Shown piece by piece: positions 1-14,639 of a DNA stretch of 64,000 bases. The translations under genes were made by a program, and so were the position numbers. A model generated the notes under the pieces. That model worked only from the letters and a program-made list of their open reading frames with translations. It searched no databases and was not told the DNA's origin. Positions within the stretch are counted from its first letter, which is position 1; the number at the start of each line of letters is the position of its first letter. The stretch comes from the human T2T-CHM13v2.0 reference genome, Homo sapiens, in NCBI RefSeq assembly GCF_009914755.1, contig NC_060925.1. One strand, written 5' to 3'.

Positions 1-26
1 ATGTGTACACTGTGATAAAAGCTTAC

Positions 27-184
27 CTTTCTGTCTGTTACAAAACTTACAGAGGAATGAACTGAACTCAACTAAGCTTCTCTCATCAAGGGTTTTGCTG
101 GCAGCCCCTGCCCCTCAAATTTACCCAACATCTATCTCATCTGTTGGCATGTCAGGTTTTCTGTTGTTGCTGCTGCTGCTGTTG
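27..184 (-). other. Candidate non-coding exon of the unidentified minus-strand host gene
   Basis: Minus strand: donor AAG|GTAAGC at 26, alternative donor CT|GTAAGT at 50, possible acceptor ttatctttaacttaag at 185-186 followed by CAG repeats. No ATG-initiated frame stays open to the donor. Confidence 0.25.
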
Positions 185-1544
185 CTTAAGTTAAAGATAA
201 CCAAATAATTATCTCAATTACATTTTTAAAAGAAAAAGTGAACCCAAAACTTCTTCTCTCCCTTTAGCGATAAGGTATGGCCATAGTGCAGTTTAACACA
301 CCAGCTGATAATTCTACAAATGTGCTCTGATGCTGCACAGACAAGGATGGAAACAAAATCCACGCAATTCAAAAGGCAGCTATCAATGGCACATAAACCC
401 CGTTCAGATATGGAGAAACCAGACAGATAAGTGTGTCATCCGGGAAAAACAAACAGAGACAGAAACAAGATAAAACCAAAAGAAATTATGTGTCTTCGGG
501 AGCTGTTATCAATCACACTTGAGAATCTTTGAACTTTGCTTTGTAAAACTAGGGATCTTATCCTCTCATACAAACAGTTAAAAAAAAAAAAAATGGAAGA
601 GCTCCAAGGTAGTGAACACTGGGGTCAGACTGAAGTCTGCAAAAAGATAAGACAATTTACCCAGGAAAAGTTAAAGCACACTTCTTGGAAAGCTCATTTA
701 ATTTCCCTCTATTTTTTAGATTCAGATATCAAAATCTCAAGGATTTTGCAGTCTTTGAGATTTTCAGGATGGAGGCAATCCGTTGGACCAGGAGACACAG
801 GCCAGCTCTGGGACAACAGTCAAGAATGGAGAGAGAAGCCATGTGGAAGAAATCCCACACCCAACAAAAGTAAATTTTTACCTGTGTCCCGTGAGCAAAA
901 GAGGATTAACAAAAACTCATGAAGGCAGCTCAATAAAATACTGATAGGAGGTGAGAGGCTGACACTGCACAGCGCCTGTGTAATCCACAGTAGGTTATGG
1001 TGACAATGTTTGTGGATCCGGTCTCATTGCTATCACAAATTCAGCAGGCGTACAGGACAAATAGGAAGATATAACATACAGTGAACGCCTGCCAGGGGTT
1101 GGGCTCCATTTCTGGCATTCGCTTCTACCTAAGGCACCCCATAATGTGGTTATCAGTCTCTCTATTAAGATAAGCCATAACGGACTCTTGAGAGTTCAGG
1201 CGCTTTTCAATAGTGGAAGCCACATACAGCAGGGGTAGGTGTTTAACTTTGGTCAAAGGTTACAAAAAAACTCCTTGTGTGTTTCTTTCTATGCAAATCA
1301 TTCACTATCTTAACCCCACAACACATCAGGCCCCACCAAACAATGACTTCAACCAGTCTTTCCATTCCCAGCCAGTGAGTTTCCTCTCTCACTCTTGTTA
1401 ACCCAAACTCCAGGTACTTTGAAAATTCCAATATTCCAAAGAATATTTCCTCTGCAGCTACTGTGACTTCCATGTGTTCTCACTGTCTCTGGCAAGCCAC
1501 AGCTCTTGCCCTATTCCGTGTTCTGAGAGACACAACCCAACATT

Positions 1545-1688
1545 ACCATTATTTATTTACATGCTTGTCTATCCCACTAGACTGAGGATGTAGAAATCAG
1601 AGAAACCTGGTCAATGTGGTATTGTCTCACCCTGCCTAACAAGATGCCTGGCACAGTGAAGACACAAAAGATTGTCAGCTAAATGAAA
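1545..1688 (+). mobile_element. L2 3' end fragment
   Basis: ttgtctatcccactagactgag...tgcctggcacagtg...ctaaatgaa resembles the L2 3' terminus. Confidence 0.6.
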
Positions 1689-3439
1689 CATTGCCGGCAT
1701 GTGCTGAGAAGTGTCAACAGGCTGAACATCCTGTACCAGCATGACACTGACTGTAACATCTCCAGTCCATAGATAAATCATACATTTAAAACACTCAGAC
1801 ATTATTTTTATAAGGATCATTATTCCACATCACCAAAGCAGTGTCTGTATGGAGAGTAAGCCAAAACAAAAGCCTTGCTGGAAAAAGTGACAAGTCATAG
1901 CTGCATTGTTCAAACAGAACCCTACTTGGAAAGCCAGTTGCCATAGGCTTTTATCTCACACAGTGAAACCTCCCCAGACAGCTTGAAATGAGGAGAAAAG
2001 ATAACCCACTGAGATTTACACTTCAAAGAGCAAGAAGCCTCGAGGTAAGATTTGACTGTATCCTAATTAATGGCAAAACATAATTAAAGAGAGTTTTGGG
2101 CAGGAACTGGGGACATGAAAAGAGGATCCTAGAGGAAATTTTGGCATCCAGAGGAGAAGGACCCTCAGCCACTAGATGGGGAGTCCTCTCCTGGGCAGTC
2201 CTTGTCTGAAGCCATAATTGTTCAACTCACTTCTCTCCCTGGTTCTGATGGTAAATGTGCCCCACCCCCGGCCACGGTTCTGATGGCAAATGTGCCGGGC
2301 AACCTGCAGACCTCTGTCTACCTTCAGGAAGGGAATATGGCACTGAGAAAAGGCTGGCATTCAGGTTCCCATGGTGAGCATATTTAGTTTTGTACATTAC
2401 TAAGTAGGCATTCTTGTCACATACTCCGCTACTGAGTTTGGTTAAAGCAACCAAGTCTGAGAGATAGATCCATTCTCAGTGCACCCCCAAACAAATTTTT
2501 TTTTTAATTTTGCCAGCTAATGAGTTATCTCCCATAAAAGTCTTCTGGAAGAACTAACTGGCATTTCTCCTGGCTGATGCATGATCCTAAATCTTCGTTT
2601 TTATGCATGTTTTCTTTAAATTTCTACACCATGTGCATCAAGTTTTATGAGGGTAATCACTTTTAGTCAATAGTAGTTTTTACCAAACAGATAACAATTT
2701 ATTCAGTAAGACTCACTATCCTAGTATAAAACGATCCTCTCACCTCTCAGGGTAGAAGTGTCATGGAAACAGTTTGGTTTCACCAGTACTAAATTAATAC
2801 TGCTTTTGCAGGGCTGAGGCAAAAATTTAATTTGCAAAAACCAGCCCAAGGCTACCATGATATAAAATTCACTTGATGTGTTAATTTCACACTCTAGAGT
2901 CCTCATCCCACCGGTGGGTGGGTGATCTCAATTATGTAAAGTAGAAGAATGTCTGAATTTACCCCAGCAACCCCAGACATCAGCACTCTAGGCCCAGCAG
3001 GAAGCCAGAGCTCAGCTTCCTTCCTGCCAGCCCATGGGGTAGCAGGGATTATCCTAGAAGTCAGCCAGACTGAGTAAATATTTTCACTATGCAGAGCTCA
3101 ATCATAGGGCAGCAGCATCCCATTTAATAAACTTTTTCTTCTACATCTTAACACAGAAGGGATGCTTCCAATATGAACAAATAGTAACATAAACTCAATC
3201 AGCTCCAGCTAGACCCGGCATGTAGAGTGCTTTAGACTCTGCAGTCACAAGCACTAAGCCTGGGAACTGCACAGGCAGGAAGAATAAACCTCCTTTTGCC
3301 CCGGTCAGTGTTCTTGAAAAGAAATATGCCAACTCCTGTAAAATAAATACATGTTCTAGCATAAAAATACTATTTATAAAGACCATGAAATAATGAAATG
3401 TGCTTTAATAAAAGCACACCAAAATGTATATGCAGTATA

Positions 3440-3610
3440 TCAACAGAATATAATACAAACATACATACACAGACATACCATGTATTTATAGAAAAAAGAT
3501 GAAGAAAATTCTCCAAAATTTTGTTTTCATCATTGGGTGTTGACAATTGAGGAGATTTTATTTCCTTCTTTCTATACAAATACTATATATGTAATATATT
3601 ACTTTTAATA
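3440..3610 (+). mobile_element. Old L1 (L1ME-like) 3' UTR fragment
   Basis: aaaagatgaagaaaattctccaaaa...gattttatttccttcttt...atattacttttaat resembles the L1ME 3' end. Confidence 0.4.
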
Positions 3611-6600
3611 GGTTACCTGTATAAAACAAAGAAGCCTTGGTTCAAAATATAAGTAAATGAAGATTAGTGTGTATTACTTTAAATAAATAAATTGCTCTAT
3701 TGTTAGAGTAAGCTACAATGTTTCTACTATAGACTAATTCAATGCAGATATAAACTGACTATCTGTTCATCAAGGAAATAAAAGTTCACAAAGAGTAATA
3801 ATACCTACCCATCAGCAAATCCGTCTGGAAACAAATTTCCTTCCTGTCGGTTCCCCTCAATTCATTCTTGATTTTTGATCCCTGCCTAATCTGCTCTCTC
3901 TCTCACACACAGAACTGTTGGACTTTCAGGGCCCACAAAGGAACTAACTCAGAACAGAAATAGCCCTTGGCCAGTCCTTTATTGACAGTAAAGAAACGTA
4001 CTTTGTGTTTTTAAAAACAGTTTTCCCTGTGAGCTGGTGGTAGCATGGCAGCCAGCAATCCCATCTTCCTGTCCATCAGACTATTGGGATAAAATGGCTT
4101 AACCACCTCCTACCCCAAACCACATCCCCAGCTACCTGCACTACACCAAAACATTAGTAAGAAATCAGTAGTCTGGTATTAGTAATTGATTTAACCAAAT
4201 AATATCACCCAAAAGAAGCTGCTATGCCCTGTTGCTCATACGCTGCACTGGTATTTAATAAGGCCCTCAGGAATAAAAAATTTAATTCAGAGTCATCTTT
4301 TTGGATCATCTGCTCATGAAGCTGAGTACTTACTAAAGATTCCTTTAATAAGGCATAATTCCTTAGATATAGGAACGTTTCCCAGTGATTGTTTAATCCT
4401 CATGGGAAGGAAAATGCTGTGTACTGGTCACCTTGCCCAGCAGGGAGGCCCTCCAGCTCTCACCTGCCTCCTCTGCATGTGGGAGGCAGGCCCAGAGGCC
4501 TCAGCCTTCATGAGCCTCAATGGCCAGACCAGGACACAGCAGCCCCAAAGCCCTGGGCCATGTACTGAGAAGTTCTAACATGAACCAGAAATCAAAGCTT
4601 CTAAGTGCATATAATTTCTCACAGTGGAACAGAATCATGAGAGGTATCACTGCTGGAAAAACGCCAAGATGTAAAACTTGGATAATAAATAAATGCAAAT
4701 TATCTACTAAAGATACTGGATTTTAAGAGTCTAGATTTTCATGAAGAGGAAAAAAAAGTAAATAAAAACACTACAGTATCCTGAGCTAGAACTTTAGTAG
4801 ACGTAAAAGAAGCCTTTTTCAAAGCATTAAACTTTCATTCCAATATTTATTAAGAATCTACTATGTTCCAGACAGATATATTATGACTCTTACACATTTG
4901 CTCACGTGCATAAAAAGTCATTTGGTTTAGACATTCCCACCGTCTACCAGTTCCTGGGGAGGTATACTGCAATCTCCACGTCAACTGATAAAGATAATAG
5001 AAGACAAAGTCAGTCAAACAATGTGAATTCCTAGACCTTTTTGATTAATGATACAAATGGCCACGACATCATTCTCAACTATCTTCCCAACTCCTTATCA
5101 TTATATATTCTGGTAAAAGATAACAAAGTTTCAGGTAAAGTTTCAGGAAGTCAGCTTTTGATTATTTTAAATGGGTTTGCACATATGTACCTGTCACTAT
5201 TTGACCAGAAGACTACATTTTGGACATTCTCATGCCAGATTCTGACTGGCCCCTGATGTGTACCTGCAATTAAGATAATTATTTCCATATACAAAACTAC
5301 AAACTGGATCCCATTTTCATTACCTTTTGGGTTGGAGCTGGATACACAGATCACATGTTCATCCGATGTCCTTCTCTACCACAGGGGAGCCACACACAAT
5401 GCCCACCCCTAGTAACAGGAAATGAAACACTAATGAGCCAAACAGCCATCTGCCTGTGCCCAGAATGAACAGTCCAATGAGCCTGTTGGTCCTTCCTTAT
5501 TCTACAGATAGAAAACAAAAGCAGAGTACATGCTCTTTTACCTTTGACTGGCAGGCTGTCCAGAGTGACTCTGGATAAGTTACTTATCATTGCCAGGCTT
5601 TGATGGGAATGGTCTTGATGAAAGAAAATTCCGCTTTCCAGCCCCAGCTTATACCTACTGAGTCAAAATGCAGGAGCAGGAGAGAGGGATACACAGGGCA
5701 GCGTGTGGAATGCACCTGGGCATGGGTACTTCGGCAAAGGCCTCAGGTGACTCTTGAAATGGAGGCTTAGCGATTACTAAACCTTTTCCAGGGCCAGAGG
5801 TAAAGAGGAGGCCATAAAGCCAACCACCTGATGGGTCCCACCGCGCCAGCTGCTCTGAGAGGCCCTGAGCGAGTAAATACGGCTTCAAATATGGATAAGT
5901 TGCTGAGACCACCAACAAATCCCCAGGAGTTTTGGAGGGCAGAGGACACTGGAGAAGTACTGATGAGGAGAAATGGGGAAAATGACCCAAATGTAGTTAG
6001 GAAAACCAAAATGCTGCCCTTGGCAAGGCTGCCCAGGCTTGTCCTTACAGAGTGGCAGATATGTCAACTGCACATTTTGAATGCCAAGGAGGCACATGCG
6101 TCTGTAACAGCAGCAGAAAGGAGTTAAATACATTCAGTATTAATCATAAAGTTGTCAAAGATAACTTAAAGTCTATCCCCTCCCTAAGCACTGCTAAAGA
6201 AAAATCTTTACTTGGCTAATTGCCTGGATGAAAATTAGTTTGGGGATGATCTGCATAAAGATATGTGCTTTAAAAAGTCAAAGCTACACAGGAATTCTAA
6301 CACACCGCCTATTAGAGCATTTTAATGGAAGGAGATAGAATAAAGGAAGAAAAGAATCATAAATAATACCCAATCTATTATGTGGACACATTAAAGGCAT
6401 CACATTATTTTATAATGAGAATTTTTTTCCATTGCAACTGTTAATAACCTAATACTTTTTCACCATAATGTACTGATGCGTATTTCCAAGAATGGATTCG
6501 AAGCCAACAAGATCTGATTGCCATTTTAAAAACAAATGTAAAGTAATAAATGTTTACTACTGACTCTGTTTAGTCCACTTGATAATCAGATCTGAACAAG

Positions 6601-7303
6601 GGGATCCCCTCAGCAAATAAAACGCATCATCAGACAGAGGACAGAGACCTACAAACAAAAAAATGCTTCACGTGTTCACTTTTTTCCCCTTAGCACCACT
6701 AACTGTGCACATTCTAGCACATTTTAAAAAGGAGAAAAAATAAAAATTAGCCACCTAACAAACACCTGCAAGCTGTGTCGAGAGAACCCAGGCATGGAAG
6801 GAGAGCTGTGTAGACATCTGGCATCACCTGTTAGACTGCCAAACCACTGTATTTTTAAGCTATTCAGATGCTTTCTGAAAAGAAACAATAAAAATCCTAC
6901 ATGCCTGAACTGTGAGGTGGGGGAGCCTCCTTGTAGCTCAGCCCTTGTCAGACAGACTACAGCAGCCTCAGAAGGTTCAATAGCCTCTTTATAAACCTAT
7001 TGTGTGGTGTAGTGCCTAAAAATAGTATGGTTTGGCAGGCAGATCATACCAAGGAATAATCCTACATACTCAACTCCTAAACAACAGACACAGGAATAGA
7101 AAAGAAAACTAAATTGTATTTTCAGTCTGCACCTAAGCTCTTGTGGTCACCTCTTCACCTGGATTCCTCCAGCTTCCTCATTTTGTCTGAACACACAGCA
7201 AACCTAAATTTTAGCCCTTACAGCCTACACAAGAATATGAGAGGAATGCGGGGGGACCTAGGCAGGCAAACAGAGGTGGGGTGCATGACTGAGCCACACA
7301 TTT

Positions 7304-8231
<928 letters not shown>

Positions 8232-8659
8232 TTTAGACCCCATCAGGTCGACTGCTCAGGCCACAGAGGCAGAAAACAAAAACCAGGAGGGAGGGGGTCA
8301 CTATCAAGCATGAAGCCTGCCTGCAAGGGATGGGCCACCAAGAGGCCAGGAGTGCCACCCTTCTAGAGAGCACTCCTGGACAGAATGAAAATCAGGCCAC
8401 AATAGGCAGCTACAAGAAACCATCAGATGAGATCATAAGAAAGTACAAAGTTAAAAGCTACATGTTAACACTCCTCAAACCCCAATTTTAATTTAGCGTT
8501 TACTTTTCCTTTTTTCAATATATTTATCTGAAAAGAGATTCTTACTCTGGGTTTTTATTGTGGGGACAGGATGGCAGAAGTATTACTCTTCTCCCAGAAG
8601 TATTAATAAATTAATACATATTAATATAGATGGGAGAAGTAATAAATAATAAGTGTACA

Positions 8660-8910
8660 CATGTTCTCTCTCATAAGTGGGACCTGAACAACGAGAACAC
8701 ATGGACATAGGGAGGGGAATGACACACACTGAGGCCTGTCTCAGGGTGGGGGATGAGAGGAGGGAGAGCATCAGGACAAATAGCTAATGCATGCGGGGCT
8801 TAAAACCTAGATGACGGGTTGATAGGTGTAGCAAACCACCATGGCACATGTATACCTATGTAATAAACCGGCACGTTCTGTGCTTGTATCCCAGAATTTA
8901 AAGTAAATAA
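8660..8910 (+). mobile_element. L1PA 3' end (5'-truncated)
   Basis: catgttctctctcataagtggg...aaaccaccatggcacatgtatacctatgtaa...aaagtaaataaa, typical L1PA 3' UTR. Confidence 0.92.
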
Positions 8911-9029
8911 ATTGATAATGAGTAAGTACACTAAATGAAAGATAGAAATAGTAAGTGTCTAACAGTTGATTTTTCAAATAAAAGAAAATAGCTAGATCAA
9001 CAAGCATCGTCTGGATGAATCTGGATAAA

Positions 9030-9135
9030 AACCTTAGATAGGTGAAGTAACTTGCCCAATGTCATATCAAGTTAATAATCTGACACCTTGGATGGCAAAC
9101 CAGGTTGTTGTCTAACTCTCCGATTAAGGTTCTTC
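9030..9135 (-). mobile_element. MIR fragment
   Basis: aggtgaagtaacttgcccaatgtcat is the MIR core in reverse. Confidence 0.6.
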
Positions 9136-9214
9136 CAGGTTTTTTCACTAAATCAAACTGTTTTCACCAAGCCCAACTGCCAGAATGCTTTTCTGCAAAT
9201 ACATGGGTGTCAAC

Positions 9215-9460
9215 ACAGGCTCATGGCTAAGAGCCTGACACTAGAATCTCCTTCAGGCCAAAGTGCCTGCTCAACTATTGACTGTGAGACCTGGACAAGT
9301 CCCTTAGGCATCTTTGTGCCTCTGTGTGCTGCATCCACAGAGCAAGAAAGACAGCAAGAGGAGCTGCTTTATACAAATTAATAAAAGAAAGAACACCTGC
9401 AAAATGCTGACAGCAAGACTTAGAACAGGAAGTACTCAATAAATGCTAGCTATTATTATT
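9215..9460 (+). mobile_element. MIR, near full length, degenerate
   Basis: atggctaagagc...ctgtgagacctggacaagt...ctcaataaatgctagctattattatt. Confidence 0.7.
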
Positions 9461-9743
9461 ACCAAGAATTAAATCTGAACTTAGAATGTGTTACCATTTG
9501 TTAGTAGGAAAATCAATACAGAAAATTATCACCTTTTACTGCACATACAGATTCTCTATTCCTTTCTCTCTCTAAACAAACAAACTTTTAAACTGGGTGA
9601 CTGCAGGGCCTTTATTTCTATTGTGTGTGCCTTAAGGTATGAAGGGGACACAATGATCCAATATCCTGTGACTTCCTAGACCACAGAAGTATGAGGCAGA
9701 AGGAATGTTTGAGTTTGAAAGGACTCTCAAGATGGGATGGTTC

Positions 9744-10048
9744 CTATAGTATACACTGTCAGGGTTAAGAGAACTTTTACCCTCCCACTGAAATAGACAT
9801 GAAGGTGATGATTACATTATAATAATTATTGACTATGGCTCTTTCAAGTTGCCCTTACACTGAAGTTCTCAACCCTTCTTAGCTTTTAAGAATCACCTGG
9901 GGCAGTTTAGGAAAATATAGATGTTGGAAATTCAGTTTTTAATTCAGTTTTAAATTTCTGAGGTGCACAGCTAGGGCTTAGACCACTGCTTAAAATAACA
10001 AAGATTTTTCTGTTTGTTTTGTTTTCTTTTGTTTTGAAATGGAGTCTC
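9744..10048 (+). repeat. Copy 2 of the ~300-bp local duplication
   Basis: Aligns colinearly with 7304-7600 at offset 2440 and ends in the Alu tip gaaatggagtctc. Confidence 0.95.
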
Positions 10049-10939
10049 AGCCTCTCAGCCTCTATCAGACACATTGCTCATTACCTCAGAAAGTGCTTTC
10101 ATTGAGGAAAAAGTTATCTCATTAAAGAATCAAAACCTTAACACTATCCATTGTTCCTCACTGAATTGTTCCTTTATAAAGCTTTCCACTGATATTTCCT
10201 CCAAAGAGAAATGTTTAATAAAAGCAAACAAACAAAGGAAAGAAAATAAACCATGCATACTGAGACTTAACTTATAAAATCACAATGTGGTACGTGGAAA
10301 AGCCCTGCTGGATTTCAGATTCATGAACTAAGAGTGGTATTCGTCGCTTTTCACTAACGGAATATACAAAACTGTCTTTATAACATGGTACTATAAATGC
10401 TTTCCAAATAACACTGTAGAAGGCTTGTACAAAGCATGACATTGCATTTTAAACATTTGTAGGGATAATCCTTAATAGACGGACTTTCACATTTCACACT
10501 TCTTTCAGATATCTCAACCATTTAATCTCCACTTAAGTTGAAGATTCGGCAAAACAGAAAAGAATCCAACGTTCACAATACTCAGGGTTCAGTGTGTTTT
10601 TAGAAGTCTGATTATTTCAAGCAGGGCTTTAGGTTACCAATGGGTCAATTCATTTGAGTGTGAGAATATGCAGTAATTGTTTCCTATTACTCTAGTACAC
10701 ATTCTTGAAGTCTTATGAGGATTCAATTTGGTTTTGCACAATATCAATATGCTTATCTTTCTGCATGAACAATATATGAACATATAGAAGATAATATAAT
10801 TGTACAGATGCTTCTTTTTGGTTTTTCTCCTAACTGCCTACAGAAGCAAAATAAGACCACATTCTGAAATTATCTATAAAATACGACTAATGGATGACTT
10901 GGCCGTCTCCTTAAGTCACTACCCTTGGGGCACTGCCAC

Positions 10940-11138
10940 AGAGATCTGGTAGTTTGCTCCATTACAAATTAGCTATATGACCCTTAGGCAAATCACAAAG
11001 CCTCCCTGGGCCTTATTTTTTAAATGGAGATACCTACTTCAAAGCACTACTGAAAGGTTAAATGAAAAAGGTAAAATACTAAAATATTATCTGCCACATA
11101 GTGAACAGTAAGCAAATAAAGCTGCAATAATAATTATT
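10940..11138 (+). mobile_element. MIR fragment
   Basis: tagctatatgacccttaggcaaatcac...aaatggagatacctac...cacatagtgaa. Confidence 0.6.
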
Positions 11139-11485
11139 CAACAGAAGAGGAAATGGCCTGAAAATACACTGCAAATGAGAGACTGCATCTGTCACCTTCA
11201 GTCATAAAGTGTGTCTTGTGTGATCAAGTTGATCAGCATTATATTTTGGGAAACCTTACTCATAATATAATCAAGATATATAATAAATTATTGTCATTTA
11301 TTCAACTAGCTATAACCTAATGGTAAGAACAGAAATTGGAAAAATGGAAGGAAAATAAATAAATTTCTAATTAACAAGTAAAGCATATCCTCCCTTGCCA
11401 ATAAAAAAAAATTTCCAAGTTATAAAGGAGTTTGTTTTGAGCCTGATTAGCATGAACTAGTCCATGAGAAACCAGCGTATTGGAC

Positions 11486-12331
11486 TGTGATAGTGTAAAA
11501 TATATATTTGAACTTCAACCCCATTTCCTGGTATACAACTCCTAAAATACTTAAAATTTCCAGTGACATCTTTTTGTATGCTAATGAGTTAATTGATGGA
11601 TGGCAGCCCTGAGGTAGCTTTAGGATGGGGCTGGTCAACTGAAAGACCAAGGCCTAATCGGAGGGTTGGGACTTTCTGCCCCATCCCACAGCCTCCAGGG
11701 AGGAGAGAGGGGCTGAAGGTTAATTTGATCACCAATGGCCAATGGTTTAATCAATAATGCCTATGTAATGAAGCTTCTCTAACAGTCCGAAACGCCAGGG
11801 TTCCAGAAGCTTCCAGACAGCTGAACACATGAAGGTTCCTGGAAGGTGGTATGACTGTAAAGTACATGGATGCTCTGTGTCCCTCTCCCTAACCTCAACC
11901 TATGCATTTCATCTGTAGAAGAGACATGTAACATCCTTTGTAATAAACCAGTATATCTAAGAGCTTCCCTGAGTTCAGTGGGCCACTCTAGCAAATTAAT
12001 CATATCCAACGAGGGCGTTGTGGAAACCCCAATCTAGTCAATCAGAAGCACAGGGAAATCCACCTGGAGCTTGAGACTGGCACATGAAGCAGCAGAGAAA
12101 GGAAGGAGAGTCCTGGGACTGGGCCCTCAACCTGTGGGATCTGACACTATCTCCAGGTAAACAGTATCAGAACTGAGTTGAATTAGAAGACAGCCAGCTA
12201 GTGTTTGCTGCAGGATTAATTGCTTGCTTGGTGTGGGGGCAAACTGCCAAACATGTGGTCATGGAAGTCTTCTTTGTTGACTGTTGTGGTATGACAGCAG
12301 CAGAGGAAAAAACACTGCTTTTTCACTCTCA
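11486..12331 (+). mobile_element. MER21 (A/B) solo LTR, ERVL class
   Basis: TG...CA ends, internal ttgtatgctaatgagt...gatcaccaatggccaatggtttaatcaa...ccctcaacctgtgggatctgac, 5-bp TSD tggac/tagac. Confidence 0.85.
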
Positions 12332-12739
12332 TAGACCTATTGAATTAAGGACCAAATCTTACTTTGTGCAATGGGTTCAGGTGCTGCAGAAAAAAAGAGT
12401 GTTCCAAGCCTTGGGAAGAGGAGGCTAAGGAACAGACAGGGCTATCCTGGGTACAAGAGGACATGGAGTGGACCATGGGCTGGATTTCTGCTCAGCTTGC
12501 CTCAGGCCCTTGATGACCTCATCAAATCCTCAAACCCTATGAAGCCATATGCAAATCTAACACATTATCTCTTTCTATACATCTTTTTCACTCTGAATAA
12601 AGTACACCAAAATGCACATGTCTACATGTGTTCACTTATCCACCCAAACGTGTGTATTGAGTGCCTACAACATGCCAGGCGCCCTGGAGGACACACAGAT
12701 CCACAGTCATCTCAGCTCACTAGTATTCTCCCAGTATTT

Positions 12740-12913
12740 TATCATTACAGCAACTGAACCTTTTATCGGAGCTATTTACGTATATTTGCTTTTTCCCCTT
12801 TAGATTACAAACTCTTGACGGGGAAGGGCTGCCTTTTCATCATCTTGTTTCCTCCAGCAACTAACAGAGTACTGCACTTACAGAAATTATTCGGTAAATA
12901 TTTACTGTATGAA
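12740..12913 (+). mobile_element. L2 3' end fragment
   Basis: ttagattacaaactcttgacggggaaggg...ggtaaatatttactgtatgaa. Confidence 0.55.
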
Positions 12914-13345
12914 ATCACTCTTGAGAGCCCACAGTCTCCTTCCCCTGAGGTCTTCAGATTTTAAGACCATCTGCCTGAGGTGGCTACAGCTTTCTAAATT
13001 TGGCTGATAGTGTAATATGAAATAAAATGTTTCAAAACATAATCTGGAAAGTGTTTGTGTTTACCCACCCTGACATTCAGATATAAGCAGCAAAAAAATT
13101 GGAATTTAGGAAGAGATATGAAATCATCTAAACATGTTATATATAGGCAACTGCATGTCCCAGTGGTCAAACACCCGAGTGAAGGATCAAGCACCAGGAC
13201 CCCTGACTTGTTCTTGACAACCCAATCCTGGCAAGAGATGGCGCACATCTGCTGTAAGCAGGCAAAGGATGCTGTCGTTCCTCCTGTAGAGATCTAGTAA
13301 CTAGAATGTTTGTTCAGAAACTTGGGCGGGACAATGAGAAACTCA

Positions 13346-13675
<330 letters not shown>

Positions 13676-14639
13676 GATAAATTACGGATCCTCTAAAGAT
13701 CCATTCAAGTCTAGAATTCTACTGGCCTTACGAAACTGACCATAAAATAAAAAAGTGCAGGATCAAAAGCAAGCCTAGCACCATCCCTCCAATACTTATT
13801 TTGATTCCCAAAGGGTGAAAGGCGGAAGGTAAAGCTGAAAGCAGAGAGAAGGAACAAAATATTCCAGGCATCAAAACAGCACCTTTCTGATAAGAAAACA
13901 CCTAAGGAGTTAAAAATTCTTACTAGAAGTCTGAAAGCTGAAACACAGACCGCTGTAACACTACAGTGCCAGCTATCTCGGAAAATTCTATTCATCTTTG
14001 TAAGGACAAGAATTTGGAGCTCAGCCCAAACTTGTCTCAGTCACTTCTCATGATAATAATTTGATTTCTCCCACAGAACAAGTCTCCCTAATCCTCTGAT
14101 AAACAAGTTTCTAAGCCTTTAAGATGGTTAAGTGAACAAATCCTAACTTCGCCAATGGGAAAATGAGGGCATCAAATGGTAAAATCATCTACAAAGAAGT
14201 ATGCAACAAGTCAGTAATTAAATAAGTATGCCGTCTCCTCGGTTCTGACGCTATCACAAAATCTGTAGATTTTAAACAAGGTGCTCTTTACATATAAGTT
14301 AACTGGAGAATAAAGGTCACTGCAAAAGAAAAACTAAAAGAACCAAAGCAATTGAACTTCATTCATACTTTTTATCAACAGATATGTTGTACAGATTTGT
14401 GATGTCCCCTTTCATTAGGGTCCAATTGTAACCCATGTTAAAACAGCATTTGAAATGGATTTTCAACTGAGAAAAAAGACTACCTGGGACACAGTAGCTT
14501 ATTCAAGGAAGCACACCTTTACTTTCCTCTGTGCTCTTAAAGACATCATATGGATCCAAATCAAAAGCAACTCAAACAGTAAAAATATAAATAAAACTTA
14601 ATTTTAAAACAAGAGAGAATACCTGGAGTTGGACTAACA

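Noticed and set aside
536-922. 128-aa ORF, and similar ones at 5655-5990, 12371-12757, 16047-16487 and 30123-30467
   Set aside because: No recognisable domain or coding-like composition, several start at non-ATG codons, and such lengths are expected by chance.
3195-3336. Possible alternative terminal exon after tttattttacag
   Set aside because: Only an acceptor-like motif; the peptide is unrecognisable and there is no independent support.
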